A stretch of 64,000 bases of DNA from Octopus bimaculoides (GCF_001194135.2 NC_069003.1:12459470-12523469); one strand, 5' to 3'; positions 1-14,299 are shown, counted from the first letter of the stretch. The notes: generated by a model from the letters alone, not told the origin. Numbers and translations are program-made.

Positions 1-4
1 TGAT

Positions 5-396
5 TCTTGTATTCTTTTATCTATATTCAGTCATTCAGCTGTGGCCATGCTGGAGCACCGCCATGAAGGGTTTAGTTGAATAAATCAACCCCAGGACATT
101 TTTTTAAAGCCTAGTACTTATTTTATCGGTCTCTTTTGCTGATATGCCAAGTTACAGGGACATAAACCAACCAACCACACTTGTCAAGCAGTGCTGGGGG
201 GGGGGGACAAACACAGACACAAAAAACACGCACATATAGATACAGGGCTTCTTTCAGTTTCCGTCTACCAAATCCACTTACAAGGCTTTGTTCAGCCTGA
301 GGTTATAGTAGACACTTGCCCAAGGTGCCACACAGTGGAACTGAACTTGTAACTACGAAGTTGGAATACAAGATTCTTACCACACAGCCACACCTG
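5..396 (-). mobile_element. tRNA-derived CORE-type SINE (Octopus OR-like family), near full length
   Basis: Reverse complement of the consensus seen at 50029-50421: head gctgtgtggtaag, core caccttgggcaagtgtct, tail ccagcatggccacag..tgactgaa. Confidence 0.85.
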
Positions 397-816
397 TTAA
401 ATATATACTAAAAAATTGGACTGGTATTTTCTGCAAGTTACACTGCTTCAGTATATTCGACAAATCACAACTAAAAAATAGTTCCAAACATGACATTCCT
501 CAACAAAAGATAGACCAGTAAATAAAACTGCTTCCAGCAGTTAAGGGTAATGAAATTTTGAGAGGATACATCTGATTTCCACCGTAAAAGGGGTAAGGTC
601 AAAGGTAATTCCATTACTCCCACTCCCACTGCCACTGGGGTCCGTGTATTATCTCAGTGTGTTCTGCATTTCTAAAGCAATTAAAGGATTGGATAAAGGT
701 CCTTCTCGAGTCATCGTAGATTTGTAGGGTCAGTTTCCCCATTTCTGTGGTGCATGTATTTCCCCATGTGGACAGACGCCAGTCCATCGCAGGATTACTT
801 GTTTTTGCCAGTTACT

Positions 817-1077
817 TTTTGCTGAACTGCTAAGTTACTGAGAGGTAAACACACTATCACCAGTTGTCAAGCAGTAAGGGGCCGGGAACACAAACACAGA
901 TGCAAACACACACACACACGATGGGCTTCTTTCAGTTTCCATTTACCAGATCCACTCACAACGCTTTGGTTGGCCTGAGACTACAGTAGAAGACACTTGC
1001 CCAAGATGTCATGCAGTGGGACTGAACCCAGAACCATGTGGTTGGGAAGCACGCTTCTTACAACACAGCCATGCTTG
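817..1077 (-). mobile_element. Same CORE-type SINE, 3'-truncated
   Basis: Head and core match the family consensus. Confidence 0.8.
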
Positions 1078-1107
1078 TCCACAAAAAAGTAGTGGTTTGT
1101 CTTATAC

Positions 1108-1525
1108 AAGAATGATCGTTGCCAGTGCCCCTGGACTGGCTCTTGTGCGGGTGACACATGAAATTTCTTCGAGCGAGATCGTTGCCGGTGCCCCTGAACT
1201 GGTTCTTGTGTGGGGTTGTTGTAGGATTTTCAAGCGAGATCGTTGCCGGTGCCCCTGCACTGGCTCTTGTGCGGGTGACACATGAGGTTTCTCGAGCGAG
1301 ATGAGCGTGGCCGTTGCCAGTACCGCCTGACTGGCCTTCGTGCGGGTGACACGTAAAAGCACCCACTACACTCTCTGAGTGGTTGGCGTTAGGAAGGGCA
1401 TCCAGCTGTAGAAACTCTGCCAAATCAGATTGGAGCCTGGTGTAGCCATCTGGTTTCACCAGTCCTCAGTCAAATCGTCCAACCCATGCTAGCATGGAAA
1501 GCGGACGTTAAACAACGACGACGAC
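1108..1525 (+). mobile_element. SINE-like element with an internal ~62-bp tandem array and an RTE-type 3' tail
   Basis: Units start gatcgttgcc at 1114, 1177, 1238 and ~1311. Ends in catggaaagcggacgttaaac + (ACG)n; the tail is shared with 25252-25400. Confidence 0.7.
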
Positions 1526-1919
1526 ACAGGCAATTACAGTATGTAATTTTCGTTGCTATTTCTAGCAGGTTGAACAACAAACCTATCGGCCGTCCCTTGT
1601 TGTTGAAGCTATATTATTATTCTATGTCAAAGTAACTTTAACACAGAATAATATCATTACAGCTAGTTTAGGGACTCCCCTTCCTTCGTACTTATCTCAC
1701 TCCCTTCTTTCCCCTTAATACCTCGCCCTTCTCTCTTCGCTCCTTCCTCTATCCTTCTCTTTTCTTCTCCATCTTTCACCTTCACTCCATCTACTTTCTC
1801 TATTTACTCCCTCTCTCTCTTCCCTTCCTATCTCTTTTTCTCTCTCTCTTTGTTTGCCACCCTCTCTCTCTCTCATTTCTCTCCTTCTTTCTGTCTTTCC
1901 TTCCTCTCTCCCTCTGCTG

Positions 1920-1950
<31 letters not shown>

Positions 1951-2031
1951 CACTACTACTTCCACTACTACTACTACTACCACCACCACCACCACCACCA
2001 CCACCATTACTACNNNNNNNNNNACTACTAC

Positions 2032-2067
<36 letters not shown>

Positions 2068-2070
2068 TAA
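1920..2070. repeat. Compound trinucleotide microsatellite (TAC)n/(CAC)n/(AAT)n
   Basis: Directly visible. Confidence 0.95.
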
Positions 2071-2354
2071 TAAGTGTAAGGGTGTGAATACTTTTATATT
2101 AGACAGTCTGAGAAGAAGCACCAATAGAACCCTCCCTACTGTCACCCCCAATACCCCAGTGAGCTTCTACATGGCCGATTGACCTGCTAGAAATAATAAC
2201 CAAATTTCCCTCTTCTCACATTCTAAACACAGAAGGAAGTCTTGGACAAATCTATTCTGTATATACAGACTAGATCAGTGGTTCTCAATCATTTTCTTCC
2301 CTATTGACCCTTCTGGTTCCTATTTCACATGGCTGGAACCCCTTAACCATTTTA

Positions 2355-2745
2355 TTCTTTTATTCTTTTGCTTGTTTTAGTCATTTGATCGCAGCCATGC
2401 TGGAGCACCACCTTAAAGGGTTATGGTCGAAGAAATTGACCCCAGGACTTATTCTTTAGAAGCCTAGTACTTATTCTATTGATCCCTTTTGCCAAACCAC
2501 TAAATTAGAGGGACATAAACACACCAGCACTGGTTGTCAAGCAATGGTGGGGGACAAACCAAACACAGACACACACACACACACACATGATAGGCTTCTT
2601 TCAGTTTCCGTCTACCAAATCCACTCACAAGGCTTTGGTTGGCCCAAGGCTATAGCAGAAGACATTTGCCCAAGGTACCACAAAGTGGAACTGAACCCAG
2701 AACCATGTGGTTGGGATGCTAGCTTCTTACCACACAGCCATGTCT
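2355..2745 (-). mobile_element. CORE-type SINE copy
   Basis: Head, core, (CA)n middle and tail all match the family. Confidence 0.85.
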
Positions 2746-3802
2746 GCACATAAAAAAAATCCTTTTCTACTTTTATAATTAAATACCATTATTCTTTTAC
2801 TCTTTTATTCTTTTACTTGTTTCAGTCATTTGACCAAGGCCATGCTGGAGCACCCCCTTGACGGGTTTTATCACCTCCATGAGGCCCAACATTCAAAGGG
2901 TGCTCTTTACATGTCACCAACACGAGTGTTTGTTACATGATAGTGGCACTGGCCACAACTATGGTTTCACTTGGCTTGACAGGTTTTCTCAGGCATAGCA
3001 TATCGCCAAAGGTTTTGGTCACTTGTCATTGCCTCTGTGAGATCCAGTGTTTAATGATCATGCTTCACCACCTCATCCCATGTGTCCCTGGGTCTACCTC
3101 TTCCACAGGTTCCCTCCACAGTTAGAGATCAGTCATTTTTTTTTACACAGCTGTCCCAATCTATACACATTTACACAACTGTCCTTGTCTCTGTCGACCA
3201 AATTCCCTCACAAGGCATTGGTCAGCCTGGAGCAATAATACAAGACACTTACCAAAGGTGCTACATAGTAAAACTGAACCCCAAAACATGTAGATGCACA
3301 GAAAAATTCTTAACCCCATTTTGTAGCAAATGTCTTAATAAAAGAAGTGGTGACACAGGGAACAATACTGACCTGGATTTGTTAAAGTACAGGGGGGGGG
3401 GTGATTGCAGTTATTGGCATGTCCTTTATCATAGAGGGAAAGAGAGGCAGATGATGAGCATTATGACCAGCCTAACTTGGGTACTAAACAACAACAACAT
3501 TCCAAGCTTTAGGTATGAAACCCGGCTTTAGTTTATATATTAAATGTCCCAGTTAGTATCGCTTAACATAAATACATTCCTACATTGATATTAACCAGCC
3601 AAACACTCCTTATACAACGAGTCTTCTGCACAGCAGCTGTGAGCAGTCATACAATGATAAAAAAGAAAAAGAAAACACCTCATGTTAGACCTGTATTGCT
3701 TTCATGAACAAAGGCATTTTAGAACATGCTTCAATGACGGTTACAAGAGCCTAGTTTCATATAACAGCAACAAAGACAAGTTTGTTAGATAGAGCAAAAG
3801 GA

Positions 3803-3863
<61 letters not shown>

Positions 3864-3896
3864 ATGATGATGATGATGATGATGATAATAGTAATA

Positions 3897-3936
<40 letters not shown>

Positions 3937-4689
3937 TGATGATGATGATTTCTTTATTGATCACAAAGGGTTTACTTTAAAAAAAAACATTATGGATGGC
4001 ACAGAACAAAACACTGAATGTGTGTATGTATGTGTGCGTATGTATGTGTGTACGTATGTATGTATGTGTGTATGTATGTGTGTGTATGTATGTGCGTGTA
4101 TGTATGTGTATGTGTATGCATGTGTGTATGTATGTGTGTGTGTATGTATGTATGTATGTATGTATGTATATATGTTTGTCTATGTTGTTGTGAGGGTTTG
4201 CATATAAAAAAAGTTTAAATCCTCAAGAGGGAGGATATGTTCAAGGGCTGCCCATGGGAAAAACCCCATAAAACCATGGGTTCCCTGACGACTTCTGGAA
4301 CAGTAGCCCTTTCTCAGTTTCTTATCTCTGATTCATAAGCCTCTGCTCAGGGCAGGCCTGTTCACTTGCATCATACTTGTCACTTCCATCCACCATTCAA
4401 TAAAATGGCAAGAAGTCAACACTTCCCTCTCCACCCATATTTTCCTCTTCAAGTGAAACTTGAAGAAGTTTATGAGAGGTTGGCCAAAGAGGAAAGTGTT
4501 TGTCTTCAGCCCCTTTAATCTCATCTTCCATGCAACCTCTTTTGCCATGGCCACCAGGAATATGAAGACTGTCTGTCTTTCCCATTTAAAAGAAGGCAGC
4601 AGGGTAATCTTTATGATGGATTCAGAATGTGTAATTATTAGTCATAAAAAAAGAGCATGTAGTCAGCAGTGAAGGCATGCAATTACCAG

Positions 4690-5590
4690 ATGGCCAGAAA
4701 TTAAAATCACTGACAGAAGTATCCAGGAGTATTAGAAGCTGACAGAGTACTAACTATAGGAATGAAAATGAATATTGAGAAGGAGTACATTAGAATGGTG
4801 AGGAAATCTAGATAGAAGAACTAAGAAGGAGTTCAGTATGAATGGAAGACTTCACCTGAGAGCAGGAGTAGCAAAATTATACTTACCTAGAAAGGAAGGT
4901 GGTAGAGGGTTAATATTAGTAGAGGACTATGTGGAGTTAGTTAGAGCTCCTATGTAGGTGATAGTGAAGAACATTTATTAAGAGCTGCTAGAGTAACCGT
5001 AGGCAAAAGGAAACCAAAAAGCCAAATGGAGTTAAAAATCAGAAAAAAAAAAGAAAGATTATCTGACTGGCAAGAGAAAGTTAGTTGCAGAAAACAGTAA
5101 TAGTGCAGAAAATAAGTACCAGTGAGATATGGCTATGGTTGCAGAAAAGAAGGCTGGAAAGAAAGGCAGAAAGTTTGTTAGTAGCAGCACAATATCAAGC
5201 ATTGAGGACTAATTGGATAAAAGCCAAAATAGACAAAAATCAGGTAGATTCCCAATGTAGGTTATGTAAATCAAAAGAGAAAAGTGTTACTCATATAGTA
5301 AGTGAATGTGGCATGCTGGCACAGAAAGAATATGGGAAAAAAGATATGACAACCTAGGGAGAATAATCCACTGGGAGTTATGTAGAAAGCTAGGATTTGA
5401 CCATACTGATAAATTCTATGAACATGAACCAAATAAAGTGCTAGAAAGTAAGAAAAATAAGAGGTGGGATTTTAACATTCAGACTGACAGGCTAATAGAA
5501 GCTAGAATGCCTGATTTAGTAGTGGTAGACAAAGAGAATAGAAAGTGCCAGATAATTGACTCTGCAGTCCAAAATGATGAAAAACTCAAT
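4690..5590 (+). mobile_element. Decayed R4/Dong-like (RLE-type) non-LTR retrotransposon ORF fragment
   Basis: Frameshifted pieces LHLRAGVAKLYLPRKEGGRGL (RT C-terminal region), CRLCKSKEKSVTHIVSEC (CCHC knuckle), IHWELC and WDFNIQTDRLIEARMPDLVVVDK (restriction-like endonuclease PD motif). Confidence 0.85.
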
Positions 5591-5799
5591 GTTGTGCCGA
5601 GAGTCATGACACCCCCTGTGAGAATAGACTGACTGAATGACTATAAACAGTAGTGGTCTGAGTGAGACAAAGAGAGAGTAGACGTTAATCACAGGAAGTC
5701 ATAAGGTGTCATTTTGGTAGTTTGTCAGAAAATCATTTTTAGTTTGTGTATAGTTCATAAAGAGTTTGTTTGGATTGTTACATTGTTGTTACCCTGCTT

Positions 5800-6179
5800 C
5801 ATTATATGTTTTATTGTTACTACATGTTTGTAGTGTAAAAAAGTAGTGTTACAACAATTGGTGATACAACAGTCAACATGAGAGGTATAGAGAAAACAGC
5901 AAGACACAATCCGTACAGCAATTACCCAATGAAATAAACTTCCACCAGCAATTAGAATAACCAATGCATTACACACTCAACACACAATGCAAGCAGTAAC
6001 ACAATAAAAAAACTGCACCACACTCAAGAGGAAAAAGAAAACACAATACAGTACAAGGAAGTGTCTGCACACTCTCAACAGCAGAAAAGAACACGCAATG
6101 CTGCACACACCTCACCAACATGGAGGTGTAACAGGTGATGCAGAAGAAATTTGCTTCGGTCTACCAAATGTTGAACAGT

Positions 6180-6224
<45 letters not shown>

Positions 6225-6376
6225 TGCACTACTGGGTACTGCACACATTCTACGCAAAACACTTTCAATACAGTAAACATAAAAGCACCACAGCAAACCA
6301 CAGCACATACCCAAGGCGCACAGAGCTGCGCTCGGTAGTGAAGTGAAAGCACGTTATAAAAATAAAACTACTGAAC

Positions 6377-6421
<45 letters not shown>

Positions 6422-7105
6422 CACCCAGACATAATTATGATAAAAGGTAATCACCCAGACATAATAATCAAGGATTCGAAAAAAACCATCTGCTTACTGA
6501 TAGCTACTGCAGTCTCCTCTGACCAAAAAAATTGTCCAAAAAAAAGTGGAGAAATTGTCAAAGTACAAAGACCTTGATATTGAAGTATTCAAGATGTGGG
6601 GAATGAAGGTGAAAACAATACCAGTAATAATTGGAACACTAAGCATGATAAAAAAACATATGAAGAAAAACATAGAAGCTATACCTGGATTCTCCACACT
6701 ACACCCTATCTAAAAACTAGCCCTGCTAGGAACAGCCCACATCCTACGCAAAACACCATCAATTCAATAATGCAACCAAAACAAAACAATCCACAAACAT
6801 GAGACACACTCTATGAAGTATATATCCAATGAAATAAACTATAACCAGCAAGCCGTGTATCCAATGCATTGCACACACAACACACAATACAAATACTAAT
6901 ATAGCAAAAAACTGTACCACAGTGCAGAAACTGATGCAATACAATACCAGGAAGAGCTTGCACACTCCCAACATCAAAAAAGAACACAAAATGCTGCACA
7001 CACCCCAGCAACATGGAGATGTAACAGGTGATACAGTAGAAATTTGCTTGAAACTACCAAATATTGAACAATAATAATGTCGCTGATAATAATAATAATA
7101 ATAAT
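5800..7105 (+). mobile_element. Three stacked 3' ends of R4/Dong-like LINEs, each ending in (AAT)n
   Basis: ALLGTAHILRKTLSIQ* at ~6226-6276. HPDIIIKD..KLSKYKDL..IPVIIG..ALLGTAHILRK at 6421-6769. Similar 3' UTRs at ~5890-6180 and ~6790-7075. (AAT)n at 6185-6223, 6377-6420 and ~7088-7105. Confidence 0.8.
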
Positions 7106-9607
7106 GGTTTCGAGTTTGAATACAAATAGGTAAGTTAATTACATTGATCCAGAACTCAATTGTGAAGAAGGAACCTATATAGAAGTTTATCAAATTGATT
7201 GAACCTGTAATTCATAAGGTATGACCTTGTCACTTTTACATGGTGTCATGCTTACTCTGTTACTCTGTCTTGAGAATTATGGACACATCTGTGGAATACT
7301 CAGCCAGTTACATACTGATTCAGTTGTTTGAACAAATGAATCTTCACTCTTTTTGATCCATTTATGCTTATACACATACACACATGCATATATACATGAG
7401 ATATATAAAATAAGAAGACAAATGGGTTAAATAAAGGTTCACTACAGCCGTTTCAGACATTTTTTATTTGACAGTATCTGGTGAGCCCTTGAGTAAGTGG
7501 GGTGGGGGTATTGATGAGATGTTGTTGTTGTTGGTGGGGAAGTTTTTATACCTGGTTATAGTTAAAACATATATACCAGGTGTTGAGAAGCTAAACTATG
7601 GCTGAAGGACAAGCACAGGTGTCTTGCTATAGAGGAGATACAAAGCTACCCTGCATTATGTGAGAAGGTAGAGATGGTGATGAAGGGATGATGGTGGCAA
7701 TGGGATGATGGTGACAATGGGATGATGGTGACGATGGGATGCCAGAGCATCTCAAGATACAAGATGGCAAATTTAAGAGAGGATGCAAATAGTAGATGAG
7801 GAGTTGGAAGTGGTTTCATAAGAGTGTGAGGTAAGAGGAATAGCTAGTTAGAGATGAGGTAAAGAGGAATATAGAGAATGATGAACAAGATGGAGGTGCA
7901 GCCAGAGAGAAATACCAATATGGTGAAGGGGTTAGCTGATTGCTTAGTGTATTTGGAATATGACAAGAGGGAGACCCATGAATACATTGGATGAAGGACC
8001 TATGGATTTTGAGTCTCATGGAGTTGACAAAGGACCGAGATGATTGGCATTTTGCAGTGCTCCAGAAAACCCAACTATCTAAGAAAAAATTAGGCCCTAC
8101 TCAGTATCATCCCTTATCCCCTTATTTTCTTCTGAATGCTCCCTTCTACTTCTCCTTTCTCTTGTACACTCTTTTATTTCATCAACACCAGCCCCCTTCC
8201 ACTACTTCTGTTCATCTCCCACTATTTCCACCTTATGTACCTTTGACCTTGTCCCAGGCACTGTACATCTCTCTTGTATGTCACACTCTTCACATCATCT
8301 GTGCAGGTACCTATTACCTACTTGACACACCTCTATTTCCCCTCTGACTGATGTTTATGATTCACCATGCCTCTAATCATGTTCACTATTCCCTGCATTC
8401 ACCTTTATCCATTTGTCACTCTCCTTCCACTCTCTTGTGAACTTATCAACTTCACTATCCAATCCTTTGGACCACTTCTCTCATATTCATCTTCCTGTAA
8501 CTAGAGGCTTTGCCCTTCACCACCATCTTCTCCTCAACAGCAAAGCACCTGTTCCTGTCTCTCAAACACAATTTAACCCATCATCATTTGGCACAAAACC
8601 ATGTACTTCAATACTATACCATTCAGTCGAGGTGTCTTGTCTTGCAAGTTACTCGGTGACCTCACTAGTGCTGGTGCTACATGAAAAGTATCCCTTGCAT
8701 GCTGTAAAGTGTCTGGTATCAGGAAGGATGACCAGCCATAGAAATCATACCGAAGTAGAGATTGGAGATTGACACAGACCTTTAGCTCACTAGCTCTTGT
8801 TCAATCATCCATCTCATGTCAAAATGGGAAATAGATGTTAAATAATGATGATGATAATGATACTGATGATGAAAGTGATACACACACATGCATGCACGCA
8901 CACACACACACACACATGCACTCAAAATGTACCCATGATGCATGCAACATATATGAACTAATGTTCCCACATCATGACCCATAAACAATTTGCAAAAAAT
9001 AGGTCACAAAGAATAAGTACTAAATGTACATAGTAAATAAGTGAATAATTGATAAAATAAATAAATAATTAAATGGGTGAATAGAGAAATAAATAAGGTT
9101 AAGAATAGGTTAAGAATTAAAATTACAGTTATGAAAGAGTTTCTGACATGAAATTAGAGAGATTGAAGTGTTTCTATGTCTTTATGAATGCAAGAAGTTA
9201 TTTCACTTGTTCTATTGTGGAGTTTTTTGTGGGGGAATATGTTTATCTAACTTCTCCTTAGTACATAGCTGGCATGGCTTTATGGTTTCCCATGTAAGAT
9301 CTTTCAATGAATAAGATATTATCATTTGAGGTCATATGTTATGGATTTGTTCATCGTAATTTCTTTTGGAATTATTTAAAATAAGGCATGGTCATCTATA
9401 GTAGAAAAAAAGTCATTTTGCAATGTTGTTATGTGATGTGAATTTGATCTTTGGGTGGGTGATGGGTGTAAAGCTTGAGAGTCAGTATAGGGAGGTATGT
9501 GCGACTGGTGTACTGCTTGGAGACAATGTAGAGAGCAAATGGCTTTGAGACAATAAATACATATAGAATATATATATATACATACACACACACACGTATA
9601 TATATAT

Positions 9608-9676
<69 letters not shown>

Positions 9677-9684
9677 TACATGCA

Positions 9685-10072
9685 ATGTATAGCTGTGTGG
9701 TAAGAAGCTTGCTTCCTAACCACATGGTTCTGGCTTCAGTCTCAATGCATGGCTAGTGTCTTGTACTATACCCTTGGGCTGTCCAAAGCCATGTGAATAG
9801 ATTTGGTAGATCAAAAATGTAAGAAGCCCATTGTATATAAACATATAAATACACACACACACACACACACATATATGCATCTATATGTGTGTGCGTCTGT
9901 TTGTGTTTGTTCCTCACCACAGCTTGATGGCTGATGTGTTTACATCTTTGAGGTTTGGCAAAAGAGACTGATAGAATAAGTACTAGGGTTTTAAAAAAGA
10001 AATTACTTTCTTCAAGGCAGTGCCCCAGCATGACCACAGTCTAATGATTGAAACAAGTAAAAGATTAAAAAA
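9685..10072 (+). mobile_element. CORE-type SINE copy
   Basis: Matches the family consensus across head, core and tail. Confidence 0.8.
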
Positions 10073-11766
10073 ATATAAACAAACGCATGTATTATATACA
10101 GATATATGCATAAATATATATATAATACATATATATATATATATATATAGGCACAGGAGTGGCTGTGTGTTAAGTAGCTTGCTTACCAACCACATTGGGN
10201 NNNNNNNNNNNNNNNNNNNNNNNNNNNNNNNNNNNNNNNNNNNNNNNNNNNNNNNNNNNNNNNNNNNNNNNNNNNNNNNNNNNNNNNNNNNNNNNNNNNN
10301 NNNNNNNNNNNNNNNNNNNNNNNNNNNNNNNNNNNNNNNNNNNNNNNNNNNNNNNNNNNNNNNNNNNNNNNNNNNNNNNNNNNNNNNNNNNNNNNNNNNN
10401 NNNNNNNNNNNNNNNNNNNNNNNNNNNNNNNNNNNNNNNNNNNNNNNNNNNNNNNNNNNNNNNNNNNNNNNNNNNNNNNNNNNNNNNNNNNNNNNNNNNN
10501 NNNNNNNNNNNNNNNNNNNNNNNNNNNNNNNNNNNNNNNNNNNNNNNNNNNNNNNNNNNNNNNNNNNNNNNNNNNNNNNNNNNNNNNNNNNNNNNNNNNN
10601 NNNNNNNNNNNNNNNNNNNNNNNNNNNNNNNNNNNNNNNNNNNNNNNNNNNNNNNNNNNNNNNNNNNNNNNNNNNNNNNNNNNNNNNNNNNNNNNNNNNN
10701 NNNNNNNNNNNNNNNNNNNNNNNNNNNNNNNNNNNNNNNNNNNNNNNNNNNNNNNNNNNNNNNNNNNNNNNNNNNNNNNNNNNNNNNNNNNNNNNNNNNN
10801 NNNNNNNNNNNNNNNNNNNNNNNNNNNNNNNNNNNNNNNNNNNNNNNNNNNNNNNNNNNNNNNNNNNNNNNNNNNNNNNNNNNNNNNNNNNNNNNNNNNN
10901 NNNNNNNNNNNNNNNNNNNNNNNNNNNNNNNNNNNNNNNNNNNNNNNNNNNNNNNNNNNNNNNNNNNNNNNNNNNNNNNNNNNNNNNNNNNNNNNNNNNN
11001 NNNNNNNNNNNNNNNNNNNNNNNNNNNNNNNNNNNNNNNNNNNNNNNNNNNNNNNNNNNNNNNNNNNNNNNNNNNNATATTATATCATATTTATATGTAT
11101 ACACACATATCTCTCTCTATATGTGTGTGTGTATATAATGGAGTTTGCATATATTTGCTGTTTCCATAGATTGTGTGTGTGTGTGAGTATATATCATATA
11201 TATTGACACACACACACACATTCTACTTGGTTAACATGATTGCGAGAACAATTGAACCAGTAGTGAAATAGATTTCTGTGAGGTGTAACAATATGATGAA
11301 TCACCCGCATAGCATAGGTATCAATAATTTTTATTACTGTACAAATATGCATTGTGTGTTGCGCGCGCGTGTGTGTGTGTATGTGTGTGTGCGTACAGAT
11401 GGTTATATTAGTTTATAATATTAATGATAATCTGAGAAAATTGGTAATGATCTTGGTTGGTAAATAAATTAGTGTGTATATTATGTGACTGCATGTATGT
11501 GTGTGTATACATATGCATATATATATATATATATATATATATGTTATATATATAATGCACATATACGTGCGTGTGCGTGTGCAAATGCATGGATGTTATG
11601 TCTGTGTGGATATATATATATATATATATACATGTGCGTGTATGTTTTTTATTTTAAATGTATATGTGAATATATACGTCAAACTAATACACTTGTTTGT
11701 TGTTGATCATACACCTGCCGTCGTCTTTTGTTTTTCTATAGATTTCATGTTTTTAATTTCAAATGC

Positions 11767-11814
<48 letters not shown>

Positions 11815-12005
11815 NNNNNNNNNNNNNNNNNNNNNNNNNNNNNNNNNNNNNNNNNNNNNNNNNNNNNNNNNNNNNNNNNNNNNNNNNNNNNNNNNNNNNN
11901 NNNNNNNNNNNNNNNNNNNNNNNNNNNNNNNNNNNNNNNNNNNNNNNNNNNNNNNNNNNNNNNNNNNNNNNACATACATATGTGGATGGTTTTTATTTTA
12001 AATGC

Positions 12006-12059
<54 letters not shown>

Positions 12060-13165
12060 GTATGTTTTTATTTTAAAAGCTTGTGTATGTGTATATATAT
12101 ACGTATATACTTTTTAGTTTTAAATATGCTTGCGCGTGTGTGTAAATCATAATCCAACTCCCCTCCCCACCCTACAAATGGTGCTAGGTACCGCGTACCA
12201 GGGACGGTACTGTCCTCAGTATTAATTAGTATCGTGGAAGACTCCTACTGTTGTTGAAATCTTTCAGCCTTTCTATTCTTACCCCAACCTTTACACACAC
12301 ACAGAGTGTTCGACTGTTGATTCTAATATTTCAAAAGTAGTAGTAGTAGTCTGTCCAGGAATCCAATCCGTCAGTCGGGTTTCCAATCACGCTTGTAGCC
12401 AAATATTGTTTAACTCCATGACAATAAAGAAAGCATTAAAATTGGAACAAAATCGACTCAAAGGACCCTGAATGTCGTTCACATTTTCATTTCACTCGTT
12501 AAAACCCGAGACAACTTGTTCCTTTTCCTTTCGTCTGGAAGCAATCAATGATAAAATGGACAGATAAAATAGCATGTTATTTGCTGTGGATAAATTTTGG
12601 GAAGGCCCTGGTTTCTATTAAAAAAAAAAAGATTAAAAAATTCGTTGTAAATATTAGAAGTGAATTTATAATTAATTCATGCATCAGCGTGATTATTTCA
12701 TTGTAGTTTTATTTTATTATCAGTAGAATTAGTATTTTTTTAAAGTAGGAACTACGTTAGTATTAAGAATACAGAATACATTTAATGTATAAAGATGCAA
12801 GTAGGTAAGTGTATATTATACACACACACATATATCAATAGGCAAATTTTTTCCAAGAAGCAGACAATCTAGTAGCCAACTACATCCGCAACGCGGTTTC
12901 AAATCTGGTTCTATTATTTTCAGGTATGTGACAGTGGTCATTATATGCTTCCGGGAATGGCATGAGGATTCCAACGTCAATTATTTCTGCAATGCCCCCG
13001 GGTTGACTTTGCTTTTCATTATTTCGGAGTCGATAAAATAAGTGTGTATATTGTGTGACTACGTGAAATAAGTACCTGTTGAGCACTGGGGTTGATGTAA
13101 TCGACTTATACCCTGCCTCGAACTTACTGGCCCTGTGCCATATTTTGAAACAATTATTATTATTA

Positions 13166-13197
<32 letters not shown>

Positions 13198-14183
13198 CCT
13201 GACGTTAATAAGTCTATTTACTCCACATGACAGACTGAAGGAAACGAATAATTATAAAATTATCAGAGGAAGTGTATATATTTCTGGCAAATGCACGTTT
13301 TTAAACAAAATGTTGCAGAGGTACGTTTTTGAGGGTACCAATTACAACTATATTACTTAAAACTAATGTTAAAAAAAATTAAAAAATTAGTGTCGGATCA
13401 TTTTCTTTCACCCTCTCGACTCTGTTACCTCATAACTTTCTTCAAAATGCATATTTTTTAATGACATTTTGCAGAAATACAGTGTCGAGAATGCAGATGT
13501 AATATTAACGTCGGAAATCGACGAAATACTGGCTTAAGTAACCCATCCATAATCTCCACCAACAAAATCTTTTACACCAAAAATGAAAAATGCCTAAGTT
13601 AGGAGGACGTGTTGAAACGATCTGAAATTCCTCCCAAGTCGTCTATTTTAATAGTTTTTAACGTAATTGTAATTTGTACCCTCCAAAGGATATTTCTGTA
13701 GCATTTCATTAAAACTTATGCATTATTCATTAAATTATAAGGTGGGGGTGAACATCAGTGAGACATTAATCTGTAATTTTGTCTACAATAGGCATTTTTT
13801 TAAAAATGCTGTTGTGGCTGATTGAGAGACTTGGAGCTGATGTTGCGAAGGTGATGGCGTCTCATGCAGTATCTCCTCTTAATCATGAAAATATCCATTG
13901 TGCGATTATATATAACCAGGGTTGGTTGGAAAAAAAAAGGTATCTGCTACAAGTGCCATGTTTGTAGGTGAGAAACTACTGTCAGATGTTCATGTTAAAG
14001 CAGCCCTTCTCGAAAAAAACAAACAAACAAAAAAAATGACATTAGGAGAAAGGAGTCCGGTCATGTATATGTACATATAACAAAAGACGTAGTTAGTAAA
14101 TATATTATAACTATCAATTAACAATGTAACGGTATATATACGCCGTACCGGCATTTTAAATTTAGTTGCTCCGGCTGCGTCGA

Positions 14184-14276
14184 CCAATGAGAAGAAGAGT
14201 TTGTGAAATTTCACCAATGAAACGATAGTCAAGCAACATGTTAGCCAATCAGAAGCTGTCAGTAGTTTTGACGTCA
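14184..14276 (+). promoter_or_regulatory. Putative stathmin promoter: three CCAAT (NF-Y type) boxes plus a CRE palindrome
   Basis: CCAAT at 14184, 14214 and 14245 (cgaCCAATgag, tcaCCAATgaa, tagCCAATcag), spaced 30 and 31 bp. TGACGTCA at 14269-14276. Locally CpG-rich, no TATA box seen, followed by a splice donor at 14350. Confidence 0.7.
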
Positions 14277-14299
14277 TCACCCACCAGCCTCCCATTCTT

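Noticed and set aside
1058-1459. 133-aa minus ORF and overlapping ORFs with repeated peptide units
   Set aside because: They translate the 62-bp tandem array of a SINE-like element.
3782-4218. Poly-N/D and (CV/YI)n ORFs here and throughout the window
   Set aside because: Translations of (AAT)n, (GAT)n, (TG)n and (TA)n microsatellites.
7683-7740. 17-bp tandem repeat tgggatgatggtgacaa (~3.5 copies)
   Set aside because: Contiguous minisatellite without spacers; not CRISPR-like and unremarkable.
9983-11138. Long ORFs of 300+ aa in the track (also 39243-40404, 55780-56355, 15494-15884, 63491-63770)
   Set aside because: Artefacts of translating through N gaps (poly-X).
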